Part shown: positions 29,145-38,978 of the stretch, piece by piece
How the letters are laid out: each line of letters starts with the position of its first letter
Position numbering within the stretch: position 1 is the first letter of the stretch
Notes under the pieces: generated by a model
Database searches by the model: none
Told to the model about the DNA's origin: nothing
What the model saw: only the letters and a program-made list of their open reading frames with translations
Translations under genes and position numbers: made by a program
NCBI GenBank assembly: GCA_963718525.1
Contig: OY970355.1
Location: 2,944,001 to 3,008,000, forward strand
DNA: 64,000 bases
Direction: 5' to 3'
Origin: Candidatus Dormiibacterota bacterium
Lineage (GTDB): Bacteria; Chloroflexota; Dormibacteria; Aeolococcales; Aeolococcaceae

Positions 29145-30635
29145 CTAAACCAGCGTACCGGACGGATCCAGTCCTTCGAGGAGCTTCTGAACTGAGGTCA
29201 CGAAGCGCGTCGCCTGAAGGCCGTCGTTGATGCGGTGGTCGAACGACAGGCCCAGGTTCATGATCGGCCGGATCGCGATCGCGTCACCGACGACCACCGG
29301 CCGCTTGACCACGAGATCCATGGTCATGATCGCCGCCTGTGGCTGGTTGATGATCGCCTCGGTCATCACGGCGCCGAGGGCGCCGGTGTTGTTGAGCGTG
29401 AAGGTCCCGCCCTGGATCTCGTCAAGCTTGAGGTGGTTGCTGCGCGCCCGGGCGCCGAGATCCGCCATGGTGGTGGCGAGCCCGACGATGCTCAGCCGGT
29501 CCGCATCGCGCACAACCGGCACGATGAGGTTGTCCTCGAGCGCCACGGCAATGCCGAGGTTGATCGTCCGCTTCATCACGATTCCCGCATCGCTCCACGA
29601 CGCGTTGAGCGTCGGATGCCGTTGCAGCGCCTCGACCACCGCTCGCGCGACGAACGGCAGGAAGGTGAGCTTGACCCCGTGCCGTTCCTCGAACGCAGTC
29701 TTCTCACGATCGCGAATCTTCGATACCGCCGACATGTCGACCTCGACCATCACGTACGCATGCGGCGACGTCTGCTTGCTCCGAACCATGTGCTCCGCTA
29801 TCGCCTTCCGAACCTGCGTCAGCGGCACAACCGTCTCGCCCTCGGCGCCAGTGAAGGAGGCCGGAGCAGCGGAAGCAGGGGCTGGTGCCTGCGCCACCGT
29901 CGAAGCCGGCTGAGGTGCCCGCGTAGGCGACATAGCCGGTGTAGGCGCCGGAGCGGGCACCTCAGCCGGCGCGCGCGCGGGACCAGACCCACCAGACCCA
30001 GCGTCTCTCCGCTGCACGTACTCAAGAACGTCTTTCTTGGAGATCCGCCCGCCGATCCCGCTCCCCGCGATCTGCGAGAGGTCGACACCGTGCTCGCGGA
30101 CCAGCATCCGCACCGCGGGCGTCACGTGATATCCGCCTGCCTGTCCGTTCCCACCGGCTGCTTCATCCGACGCCGGCGCGTCCGACGCCTGTTGCGTGAA
30201 CGCATCCTGGATCGGAGCCACAGCGGTCTCCGCGCCGGCCTCTGCTTCCGCGGGCGCTGCACGCGGCTCGACGGCGGCCGGTTGCGGCTCGGTGGGCTCC
30301 GCTGCTGCCCCCTGCGAGCTCACGGCAGGCGCCGCGGCAACCGCAGCGGTCTCCTTCTCCTGCGCCGCGGGCTCCGCTGCGGCTGCAGCTGCACCATCGA
30401 CGGTGTCGATCGAACAGATCGGCTGACCCACCGGCACCACCGTGCCCTCGGGAGCGATCAGCTCGGACATCACACCATCGGCCGGCGCGGGGATCTCCGC
30501 GTTCACCTTGTCGGTGATCACCTCAGCGATCGATTCGTATTTTGCGATCGCGTCGCCGGGGTGCTTGAGCCAGCGTGCGATGGTGCCTTCGGTGACGCTC
30601 TCACCGAGCTGCGGCATCGTGACGGTCAGGGCCAT
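29145..30635 (-). CDS. 2-oxoacid dehydrogenase E2 (dihydrolipoamide acyltransferase)
   Basis: MPQLGESVTEG, lipoyl TDKVN, E3-binding TPAVR..., catalytic SFDHRINDG. Confidence 0.95.
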   Translation of the reverse strand: MALTVTMPQLGESVTEGTIARWLKHPGDAIAKYESIAEVITDKVNAEIPAPADGVMSELIAPEGTVVPVGQPICSIDTVDGAAAAAAEPAAQEKETAAVAAAPAVSSQGAAAEPTEPQPAAVEPRAAPAEAEAGAETAVAPIQDAFTQQASDAPASDEAAGGNGQAGGYHVTPAVRMLVREHGVDLSQIAGSGIGGRISKKDVLEYVQRRDAGSGGSGPARAPAEVPAPAPTPAMSPTRAPQPASTVAQAPAPASAAPASFTGAEGETVVPLTQVRKAIAEHMVRSKQTSPHAYVMVEVDMSAVSKIRDREKTAFEERHGVKLTFLPFVARAVVEALQRHPTLNASWSDAGIVMKRTINLGIAVALEDNLIVPVVRDADRLSIVGLATTMADLGARARSNHLKLDEIQGGTFTLNNTGALGAVMTEAIINQPQAAIMTMDLVVKRPVVVGDAIAIRPIMNLGLSFDHRINDGLQATRFVTSVQKLLEGLDPSGTLV

Positions 30636-30660
30636 TTCGCGAGGTTCCTTGTGTTCGAGT

Positions 30661-31644
30661 TCAGTACGCGGCAAGCTCGCGGAGCTTGGCCTCGACCTTG
30701 TTTGGCGTTACGAGGTAGAACTGTTCGAGCGGCGGTGAGAACGGCATCGCCGGTATTTCGGGGCCGCCGATGCGCATCACCGGAGCATCAAGGCTCTCGA
30801 AGCAGTCCTCGGCGATGATGGCGGCAACCTCGGAGGCAACGCTCACGGCCAGGTTCGCCTCCTGGACGATCAGGACCTTGCCGCACTTGCTCGCGCTCTC
30901 GACGATCGCTGCGCGATCGAACGGACGCAGCGAGCGCAGGTCGACGACCTCGCAGGAAAACCCATCTGCAGCAAGGCGATCGACCGCTTCGAGCGAGGTG
31001 TGCACCATCATCCCGTAGCTGAACAACGCAATGTCGGTGCCCTCACGGACGACACGGGCGCGATCGAGCGGCACTGTGTACTCGCCATCCGGTACCTCGC
31101 CCTTGATGGCTCGGTAGGCGCGCTTGTGCTCGAAGTAGAGCACAGGGTCCGGGTCGCGCAGCGCAGAGATGATCATGCCCTTCGCGTCGTACGGATTCGA
31201 CGGCACGACCACGCGCAATCCCGGGATGTGAGCAAAGATCGCCTCGATGGACTGCGAGTGATACAGCGCCCCGTGCACGCCACCACCAAACGGTGATCGA
31301 AGCACCATCGGCACGTTCCAGTCACCATTGCTGCGGTAGCTGATCTTGGCTGCCTCGCTGATGATCTGATCGACCGCCGGCATGATGAAATCCTGAAACT
31401 GGATCTCGGCGATCGGACGGAGTCCGTTCATCGCCGCGCCGATGGCGACACCGACGATCAGCGATTCGGCCAGCGGGCTGTCGAGCACCCGCCACTCGCC
31501 GAACTGCTTCTGCAGGCCCTCGGTGACACCGAACACGCCCCCCTTCGCACCGACATCCTCGCCGAGGATCATGACCCGCGGATCACGCTCCATCTCCTCG
31601 CGGATGCCGTCGCGGATGGCCTCGATGTACGACTTCTGCGGCAC
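30661..31644 (-). CDS. 2-oxoacid (probably branched-chain) dehydrogenase E1 beta
   Basis: GEDVGAKGGVF, AEIQF, GALYHSQS, FEHK. Confidence 0.95.
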   Translation of the reverse strand: MPQKSYIEAIRDGIREEMERDPRVMILGEDVGAKGGVFGVTEGLQKQFGEWRVLDSPLAESLIVGVAIGAAMNGLRPIAEIQFQDFIMPAVDQIISEAAKISYRSNGDWNVPMVLRSPFGGGVHGALYHSQSIEAIFAHIPGLRVVVPSNPYDAKGMIISALRDPDPVLYFEHKRAYRAIKGEVPDGEYTVPLDRARVVREGTDIALFSYGMMVHTSLEAVDRLAADGFSCEVVDLRSLRPFDRAAIVESASKCGKVLIVQEANLAVSVASEVAAIIAEDCFESLDAPVMRIGGPEIPAMPFSPPLEQFYLVTPNKVEAKLRELAAY

Positions 31645-31647
31645 GCG

Positions 31648-32652
31648 TCAGTCTCCCGTCTCGGTGTACACGTGCAGCATCGCCGTGTCGGGCGAGGGGA
31701 GCGGCGAAGCCTCGGCCTCATCGGTCGCGCGATCGAGCTCGAGCACCAGCTCGGCTCGCATCTCGTCGGCCTCGCCGGCCTGCATGACACCGAGCTCCTC
31801 GAGCGTTGCCTTGAAGCGCTGCAGCGAGTCCCGCTCGCGCTCGGCCTCGAGCTCCTCGGCGCTGCGGTAGCGCCGCTGATCGTCGTCCGAGCTGTGCGAT
31901 GTCAAACGCAGCACCTTCGCCTCGATGAGCGTAGGTCCGTCGCCGCGGCGCGCGCGCTTGACCGCCTCGCGAGCTGTTCTGTAGCAGGCGATCGCATCGC
32001 ACCCGTCGACGATCACACCAGGAATGCCGTATCCCTTGGCGCGGTCGGCGACATCCTGCGTCGGCATCTGCTTCTGCCACGGGACGCTGATCGCAAAGCC
32101 GTTGTTCTCCACCAGGAAGATCACCGCGAGCTTGTGGATCGCCGCAAAGTTGAGCGCCTCGTGAAAGTCGCCTTCGCTCGTCCCGCCCTCGCCGATCGAG
32201 GTCAGCGTGACCGCGTCCTCGCCGCGCATGCGCGAGGCGAGCGCGATTCCCGCTGCGTGGAGCAATTGCGTCCCGACCGGCGACCCGGTGGTGATGATGT
32301 TCAGGCGCCGGCATCCGTAGTGCGCGGGCATCTGCCGGCCACCGCTGTTCGGGTCGGCGGCGCGTTGCAGCACCGACAGGATGTGGTCCTTGGGGGTCAT
32401 GCCCAGCACGAGCGTCAACGCCAGGTCCCGGTAGTACGGGGCAATCCAGTCGTACGCCGGCCGCAGGTTCATGCCAAAGGCGACCTGAACCGCCTCATGA
32501 CCTTCGGCCGAGATCCAGAACGGCGCCCGACCCTGGCGGTTGAGCACCCACAGGCGCTCGTCGAGCAACCGGGAACGGAGCATGTGCCGGTACATGAGCC
32601 GGAGCGTCTCCGCGTCGAGCCCGGCGCGAGCGTTCGTCTCGGTCCGCGTCAT
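31648..32652 (-). CDS. 2-oxoacid (probably branched-chain) dehydrogenase E1 alpha
   Basis: PYYRD, SGGRQMPAHYG, TPP motif GEGGTSEGDFHE...ENN, HSSDDD. Confidence 0.95.
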   Translation of the reverse strand: MTRTETNARAGLDAETLRLMYRHMLRSRLLDERLWVLNRQGRAPFWISAEGHEAVQVAFGMNLRPAYDWIAPYYRDLALTLVLGMTPKDHILSVLQRAADPNSGGRQMPAHYGCRRLNIITTGSPVGTQLLHAAGIALASRMRGEDAVTLTSIGEGGTSEGDFHEALNFAAIHKLAVIFLVENNGFAISVPWQKQMPTQDVADRAKGYGIPGVIVDGCDAIACYRTAREAVKRARRGDGPTLIEAKVLRLTSHSSDDDQRRYRSAEELEAERERDSLQRFKATLEELGVMQAGEADEMRAELVLELDRATDEAEASPLPSPDTAMLHVYTETGD

Positions 32653-32719
32653 TGCCACGTGTCGATCATGCCTCCGAACCGAGCTGGCGCCACTGGCTAC
32701 TCCGACGTTCCACAGCGGC

Positions 32720-34122
32720 TCAAATGTGGATTGCCTCACCACTCACGGCAAGCGCAGCTTCTGAGAGCACCTCACTGAGTGTAGGGTGCGGTGCCACCGC
32801 GTGGCCCATCTCGAAAGCGGTCGTCTCGAGGAGTCCCCCAGCGCGGGTCCCCAGATGAGCTCGGTCACCTCGTGCCCGATGATGTGCACGCCGAGGACCG
32901 TCCCGTCCGCCTTGTCCGCAACCACCTTGCAGAACCCCCCGGTCTCGCCCCAGATCAGCGCCCTGCCGTTGCCGCGGAACGGCACGACGCCGGTGGCCAC
33001 CTCGTACCCGGCGGCCTGCGCCTCGGTTTCGCTGAACCCCATCGATCCGATCTGTGGCGTGCAGTAGGTCGTGCGGGTCACCAGGCGGGGATCGAGTGGG
33101 TGCGGATCTCGTCCGGCAATCGCCTCGACGGCGAGCACGCCTTCGTGGAGCGCCTTGTGGGCAAGCTGGAAGCCGCCGACAACGTCACCGACGGCGCTGA
33201 CCCCGGGCTCGCCGGTGCGCAGCATCGGATCGACCGCGATGACCCCGCGATCGACGACGACGCCGGTGCCCTCGATGCCGATGTTCTCGACGTTGGCCGC
33301 CCTGCCCACGGCGACGAGCAGGACCTCCGCCTGGAGGCGCTGCTCCTTGCCGTCCTCACCCGCGACGGTCACCCCGACGCCGCCCTCGTTGCGCTCGACC
33401 GAGCCGAGGTCGAGGCGATGCCCGGTCAGGCAGGTGATGCCCCGCGCCTCGAACTGGCGCCGGAGTTCGGTGCCGACGGCGGCATCCTCGAGCGGGACCA
33501 GGTTCGGCAGCATCTCGACGATGGTCACCTCGGCGCCACAGGAGCGATAGAGCGAGGCGAACTCGACGCCCACGGCACCAGCGCCGAGCACGATCGCCGA
33601 CGCCGGCACACGGTTCATGAAGAGCGCCTCGTCGCTGGTGAGGATGACATTGCCGTCGGCTGCAACCCCTGGCAGCTGCTTGGGGCGTGACCCGGTGGCG
33701 AGGATCACCGACCCGGCCTCGAGCTCGACGGCGTCGCCGCTCGGCGGCTCGACCGTGAGCCGGCCGGCGCCATCGAGGCGACCTCGCCCGCTGACGACAC
33801 TCACCTTGTTCTTGCGCAGGAGGAACTGCACGCCCTTGTGCAGCTGGCTCACCACCTGGTCGCGCCGGCGCCCCGCGACTGCGTAGTCGAAATGGACGTC
33901 GCCGGTGGTGACTCCGAAGGCATCAGCGTGCCGCAGCTCGTCGAGCAATCCCGCGCTCTGCAGCAGCGCCTTGGCCGGGATGCAACCGCGGTGCAGGCAG
34001 GTGCCGCCGACCTTGTCCTCCTCCACCAGCACCACGCTCAGCCCGAGCTGGGCCGCGCGGATCGCTGCCGGGTAGCCGCCCATCCCGCCCCCGAGAATGG
34101 CGATGTCAAATCGTTCGGCCAC
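32720..34122 (-). CDS. lpdA: Dihydrolipoyl dehydrogenase, apparent -1 frameshift at ~32835
   Basis: GGTCLHRGCIP, ATGS, AVGR; adding one G in the G-run restores ...PHPTLSE...AIHI*. Confidence 0.93.
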
Positions 34123-34203
34123 GGGCCTTGAGTATATCGGCGGGGTCGACCGCGCCATCCGCGGTGATCGAATTCGTGGGACCGGCGGGCGTCGCCCTCG
34201 GCG

Positions 34204-35097
34204 TCACGCGGAGAGGAAGCGGCGAACCCCGAGGAAGCTGCCGAACGCTCCGACGGCGACGCCGCCGACCAGCAGCACCACGAGCAGGGTGATCGTGTAC
34301 CGCGTGTCGAAGGGCACGCTCAAGAGGTTGCCCTGAGCTGCCTGGACGAAGAGACGGTAGGCGCCGAACACCACCGCTCCGGAGAAGATCGCGGCCAGCA
34401 GCCCCCCGAGCATCCCCTCGAGGATGAACGGCCAGCGAACGAACCAGTCGGTTGCGCCGACGAGCTTCATGATCTCGATCTCGGTTCGTCGTGAGTACAC
34501 CGCAGTTCGGATCGTGTTCATGATGATCACGATGCTGATGGTCAGGAGAATGATCGCGATGATCGCCCCGACCCACTCGATCACCGTGATCACCGTGTTG
34601 AGCTTGCCGATGACGTCCGAGTTGTAGTCCGTCGGGGTCGTGCTGTCGACGATCGGCGTGGCCTTGGCCTCGGCGTTGAACTGACTGAGGTCGGTGAGCT
34701 TGCGGACGTTGAGGTTCAGTGACGCCGGCAGGGGGTTGCTGCCGAGGACGGTGAGCGCGCTGGCGATCGACGGGTTCTGTGAAGCCTGCTGCGCTGCCTG
34801 ATCCTTGGTCTCGAAGCTCACCGAGATGACGCGGGGATCGTGCTTGAGGCGGCTCTCGAAGTTCGTGATCGCCGCCAGGGACGCGTTGTCCGACAGGTAG
34901 ATCTTCAGGTGGCTCGCGTTCTGCTCCTGCCCCTGGAGCACGGAGTCGACCGAGTGTGTGAAGAGCAGCGATCCGCCGACCAGAAAGATGATCAGACCCA
35001 TGGTGAACACGCCCGCGAGCGAGACACCCAGGTTGCGGCGAAAATTCTGTCCGGCGCTGTGAAGCGCGAACCACAGCGAGGCGAGGATCTGCCTCAC
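34204..35097 (-). CDS. ftsX: Cell division permease FtsX
   Basis: NPLPAS, NTIRTAVYSRRTEIEIMKLVGATDWFVRWPFILEG; coupled to ftsE. Confidence 0.93.
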   Translation of the reverse strand: MRQILASLWFALHSAGQNFRRNLGVSLAGVFTMGLIIFLVGGSLLFTHSVDSVLQGQEQNASHLKIYLSDNASLAAITNFESRLKHDPRVISVSFETKDQAAQQASQNPSIASALTVLGSNPLPASLNLNVRKLTDLSQFNAEAKATPIVDSTTPTDYNSDVIGKLNTVITVIEWVGAIIAIILLTISIVIIMNTIRTAVYSRRTEIEIMKLVGATDWFVRWPFILEGMLGGLLAAIFSGAVVFGAYRLFVQAAQGNLLSVPFDTRYTITLLVVLLVGGVAVGAFGSFLGVRRFLSA

Positions 35098-35849
35098 AGG
35101 GTTGCGGTTCCTTCGCGCAGGTAGCTGCCCTCGGCCTCGTCTCTGACGACGCGCCCGTTGTCGATCGCGATGACACGGCGGCGGACGAGGTCGACGACCT
35201 CGCGGTTGTGGGTCGCCATCAGCACGGTTGTGCCGCGGTGATTGATCTGGAGCAGCAGTTGCACGATGCCCCACGACGTGTCGGGGTCGAGGTTGCCGGT
35301 CGGCTCGTCGGCGAGGAAGATGCGTGGCCGGTGCACCAGGGCTCGGGCGATCGCCACGCGCTGCTGCTCACCACCGCTCAGCTCGTCCGGGAACTTGTCG
35401 AGCTTGTCCTCGAGACCGACGATCCAGAGGACCTCCTCCACCTTCTCGCGCAGGTGGCGCTGGCCGGGCCGGGTCACCTGAAGCGCGAACGCGACGTTCT
35501 GCGCCACGGTTCGCCGGGTCAGAAGCTTGTAGTCCTGGAACACGATGCCGAACTTGCGCCGCAGCTTGGGGAGCTTGCGGTGCGACATCCGGCTCACCTC
35601 CTGGCCGTCGATGAAGATCCGCCCTGTCGAGGGAGCCTCGTCGCGAATCAGGAGACGCACCAGGGTCGACTTGCCGGCGCCGCTCGGGCCGACCAGGAAG
35701 CAGAAGTCGCCTTGATGGATCGCCAGATCAACGTCGCGCAGGGCCTCCGTACCGTTCGGGTAGACCTTGCTCACGCCGTGAAACGAGATGACGGGGCGCA
35801 GTGCGTGCTGAGGGGGGGCCGCAGATCGTTCGGCGACCGCCACGCTCAC
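35094..35849 (-). CDS. ftsE: Cell division ATP-binding protein FtsE
   Basis: [35 protein letters not shown]. Confidence 0.93.
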   Translation of the reverse strand: MSVAVAERSAAPPQHALRPVISFHGVSKVYPNGTEALRDVDLAIHQGDFCFLVGPSGAGKSTLVRLLIRDEAPSTGRIFIDGQEVSRMSHRKLPKLRRKFGIVFQDYKLLTRRTVAQNVAFALQVTRPGQRHLREKVEEVLWIVGLEDKLDKFPDELSGGEQQRVAIARALVHRPRIFLADEPTGNLDPDTSWGIVQLLLQINHRGTTVLMATHNREVVDLVRRRVIAIDNGRVVRDEAEGSYLREGTATL

Positions 35850-35987
35850 CAGGCTGCCCCCTGGGGCGATGTCTTCATAAGATGGTTTCTGGGATCGCTA
35901 CTGAGTCGGCGGCCAGTATAGACCGGGGTCCCGGCGGACTCCCGCGATATTTCACAGATTGGTCACTTCCGTAGTGGGATTGGCCGA

Positions 35988-37107
35988 TCAGGATGCCTTC
36001 GATTCTGGACCCTCGCGCGCCGCCCAGTGCAGGTATCCCTCGATGAACGGGTCGATGTCCCCGTCCAGCACGGCCTGGGCGTTGCCGACCTCGACCCCGG
36101 TCCGGTGGTCCTTCACCATCGTGTACGGCTGGAGCACGTAGGAGCGAATCTGGCTCCCCCACTCGGCGGCGATCAGCTCCCCCTTGAGATCGGCGACCTT
36201 CTGCGCGTGGGCGGCCTGCTGCAACGCGAGGAGGCGGGAGCGCAGCACCCGCCAGGCCACGTCGCGGTTCTGCTGCTGCGATCGCTCGTTCTGACACGTG
36301 ACCACGACGCCCGTCGGGATGTGGGTCAAGCGAACGGCCGACGAGGTCTTGTTGACGTGCTGGCCGCCCGCACCGCTTGATCGGAACACGTCCGTGCGCA
36401 CGTCGTCAGGATCGATCTCGACGGTCACGGTGTCCTCGATCTCAGGCGTGACCTCGACGAGCACGAACGACGTGTGCCTCCGATGGGCAGCGTCGAATGG
36501 GCTGATCCGGACCAGGCGGTGCACGCCGTGCTCCCCCTTGAGCAGGCCGTAGGCACGAGGGCCGGACACGCGAATGGTCGCGGATTTGATGCCTGCCTCA
36601 TCGCCCACCGACTCCTCGAGAAACTCAACCGGCATGCGGTGCTCCTCCGCCCAGAGCAGGTACATGCGCAGGAGCATCTGCGCCCAATCCTGGGAATCGG
36701 TGCCACCCGCACCCGCGTGGATCCCGATCAGCGCCACATGGTCGGTGTACGGATCGCTGAACAGCAGATCGATCTGACGGCGACCGATCTCCCTCTCGAG
36801 GGCTGTCAGCTCATTCTCGATGTCGAGAGTCATCGCATCGTCCGGCTCGGCCTCGACCATTGCGACAAGCTCGCGCGTGTCACGGGCGCGCTGCGACAGC
36901 GATTCCCACGTGCTGAGGTCGTCGCGGATGCGCGAGGCTTCCTGGTTGAGCGACGCCGCATTCTTTGGGTCGTCCCAGAGGTCCGGCGCTGCGATCTCCA
37001 GGTCGAGCTCGATCAGGCGGCGGCGTTTCCCGTCGAGGTCAAAGATGCCCCTGGAGCTCGGCAATGCGGGCGGCGACGTCGGTGGCGCGGTCTGCAAGCT
37101 CGCTCAT
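35988..37107 (-). CDS. prfB: Peptide chain release factor 2 (programmed +1 frameshift)
   Basis: MSELADRATDVAARIAELQGHL then DLDGKRRRL; SPF and GGQ motifs. Confidence 0.97.
37038..37053 (-). promoter_or_regulatory. prfB autoregulatory frameshift site
   Basis: AGGGG-CAT-CTT-TGA-C: internal SD-like sequence plus canonical CTT TGA C. Confidence 0.95.
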
Positions 37108-37132
37108 CTGCCGAGTATTCCACAATGATGTG

Positions 37133-38155
37133 ATGCAAACCGCTGCAACGGTCACGTCTGAGGCGATCGGGGAGCTGTTCCCCGACATGCCCCGCGCGTT
37201 CGACTTCGACGATGTGTCGCTCGTGCCCCGCGTGCGATCGACGCTTGCGCACCGGACCGAAGCCGTGCCGGCGCTGGAGTTCGGACCTGCGCGCCTGACG
37301 ATTCCGCTGCTCGGCTCGCCGATGCCGGACGTTTGCGGCGTCGACATGTGCATCGCGCTGGGGCAGCATGGCGCGCTCGGAATCCTGCCTCGTTTCCAGC
37401 CCGTCAGCGAGCAGGCGGAGGAGCTTCGCGAGGTCGCCGCCGCGGGCGGCGCCGTTGCTGCGGCGCTCGGTGTCACCGGCGACTATCGCGAACGGTTCAC
37501 CCGCATCATCGAATCGGGGTGCCGGATCGTCTGTCTCGATACCGCCAATGGCGCGCACGAGCAGGTGGCCCACGCGGTCCGCTGGGTGCGCGACCAGGAC
37601 GCGAGCGTGTTTCTCATTGCGGGCAATGTCGCCACGGCCGAGACCTTCCGGTGGCTCGAGGACCAGGGAGTCGACGCGATTCGCGTGGGGATCGCGGGCG
37701 GCTCGGTGTGCGAGACACGGACGGAGACCGGCGTCCACGCGCCGACGCCGTACAGCGTCTACGAGTGCGTCCAGGTGCGCCGGCGGGCGCTGATCGTCGC
37801 CGACGGCGGCGTTCGCAGCCCGGCCGACATGTGCAAGCTGCTCGCGTTCGGCGCCGACTGCGTGATGGTCGGGTCGGCGCTGGCCGGGACGTACGAGGCT
37901 CCGGGACGGGTCATCGTCGTGGACGGGAAGAAGTTCAAGATCATGCGGGGGGCGGCTTCGTTCTCGGTGCAGCAGGAGTTCGCCGGCGAGGATCCCGAAT
38001 ACATCGAGGGTGCTGAGTCGATCGTCCCGTACAAGGGCAGGGTCGCGGACGTGATTCAGCGTTACGTGGCAGGGCTTCGCAGCTCGATGTCGTACATGGA
38101 CGCGCGCACGCTGACCGAGTACCGGAGCAACGCCAGCTTCATCCGGATGCGATAG
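37133..38155 (+). CDS. IMP dehydrogenase/GMP reductase family protein without CBS domains
   Basis: FDFDDVSLVP, DTANG, AGNVAT, GIAGGSVCETR, ADGG, GLRSSMSY. Confidence 0.85.
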   Translation: MQTAATVTSEAIGELFPDMPRAFDFDDVSLVPRVRSTLAHRTEAVPALEFGPARLTIPLLGSPMPDVCGVDMCIALGQHGALGILPRFQPVSEQAEELREVAAAGGAVAAALGVTGDYRERFTRIIESGCRIVCLDTANGAHEQVAHAVRWVRDQDASVFLIAGNVATAETFRWLEDQGVDAIRVGIAGGSVCETRTETGVHAPTPYSVYECVQVRRRALIVADGGVRSPADMCKLLAFGADCVMVGSALAGTYEAPGRVIVVDGKKFKIMRGAASFSVQQEFAGEDPEYIEGAESIVPYKGRVADVIQRYVAGLRSSMSYMDARTLTEYRSNASFIRMR

Positions 38156-38166
38156 GCGCTCCTGCG

Positions 38167-38772
38167 CTAGCCGAGTTCGGCGATGAGCTCGGCCGACGTC
38201 ATCGGTTTGGAGAACATCGGGTAGTCGTACTTGAGGGCGTTGTCGTGCTCCTCTTCTGACGTGGCAGCAACGCAATCGCTGAGCGTGATCACCTCGTAGC
38301 CGTTCTCGTAGCCACTGCGCATGGTGGATTCGACGCAACAGTTGGTGAGGAACCCGCCCAGGACGATGGTCGAGATTCCCTTGCTGCGCAGGATGAAATC
38401 GAGATTCGTGCTCGCGAAGGTGTCCAGCCCGCGCTTTCCCTCGATGACGATGTCCCCCTCCTGCGGGTCAAGCTCCTCGGTGATCGCTGCGCCCCAGGTG
38501 CCCTTCACGAAGGCGTTGCCGTCGACGACCCCTTTGAGAATGCCGTAGGGGTGCGCGCTGATCTCGTTGTAGCCCTTGGCGAACATGATCGGCGCGTGCA
38601 TGATCGTCGCGCCGGCTGACCGTGCCGCTTCGACCACGCGTTCCGTGTTGCCCAGCATGTCCGTCTTCTCCATCACGGGTTGGACGGCCCCGTGCAGGAC
38701 GCCACCCTCGGATGTGAAGTCGTTCTGGTATTCGATGAGCACAACGGCGGTCTTGGCTGGGTCGATCGACAT
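38167..38772 (-). CDS. Cysteine hydrolase (isochorismatase family)
   Basis: AVVLIEYQNDF, EGKRG, GFLTNCCVESTMRSGYE; GAGGAGG RBS. Confidence 0.9.
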   Translation of the reverse strand: MSIDPAKTAVVLIEYQNDFTSEGGVLHGAVQPVMEKTDMLGNTERVVEAARSAGATIMHAPIMFAKGYNEISAHPYGILKGVVDGNAFVKGTWGAAITEELDPQEGDIVIEGKRGLDTFASTNLDFILRSKGISTIVLGGFLTNCCVESTMRSGYENGYEVITLSDCVAATSEEEHDNALKYDYPMFSKPMTSAELIAELG

Positions 38773-38978
38773 GCGTCCTGTCCTCCTCGGGTTCGGGTTG
38801 ATCAACGCTCGTTTGACCGGAGTCACATAGCGGATCTGATGGTAGTCCGGCGGTTGGTGGTGGGTTCGACGGCTCCAGATGCGCTCTTCGTCTGTCCAGA
38901 TCGACACCGAGCCTTTCGATTCCGTAACCTCACGGGCGGATCTCAGCGCTCCGGGGCGAATACGCTGATTTCACGGCC

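Noticed and set aside
32720-32840. lpdA pseudogene or programmed frameshift
   Set aside because: The catalytic HPTLSE tail is intact in the next frame; one-base loss in a G-run next to GACTC within an otherwise intact operon
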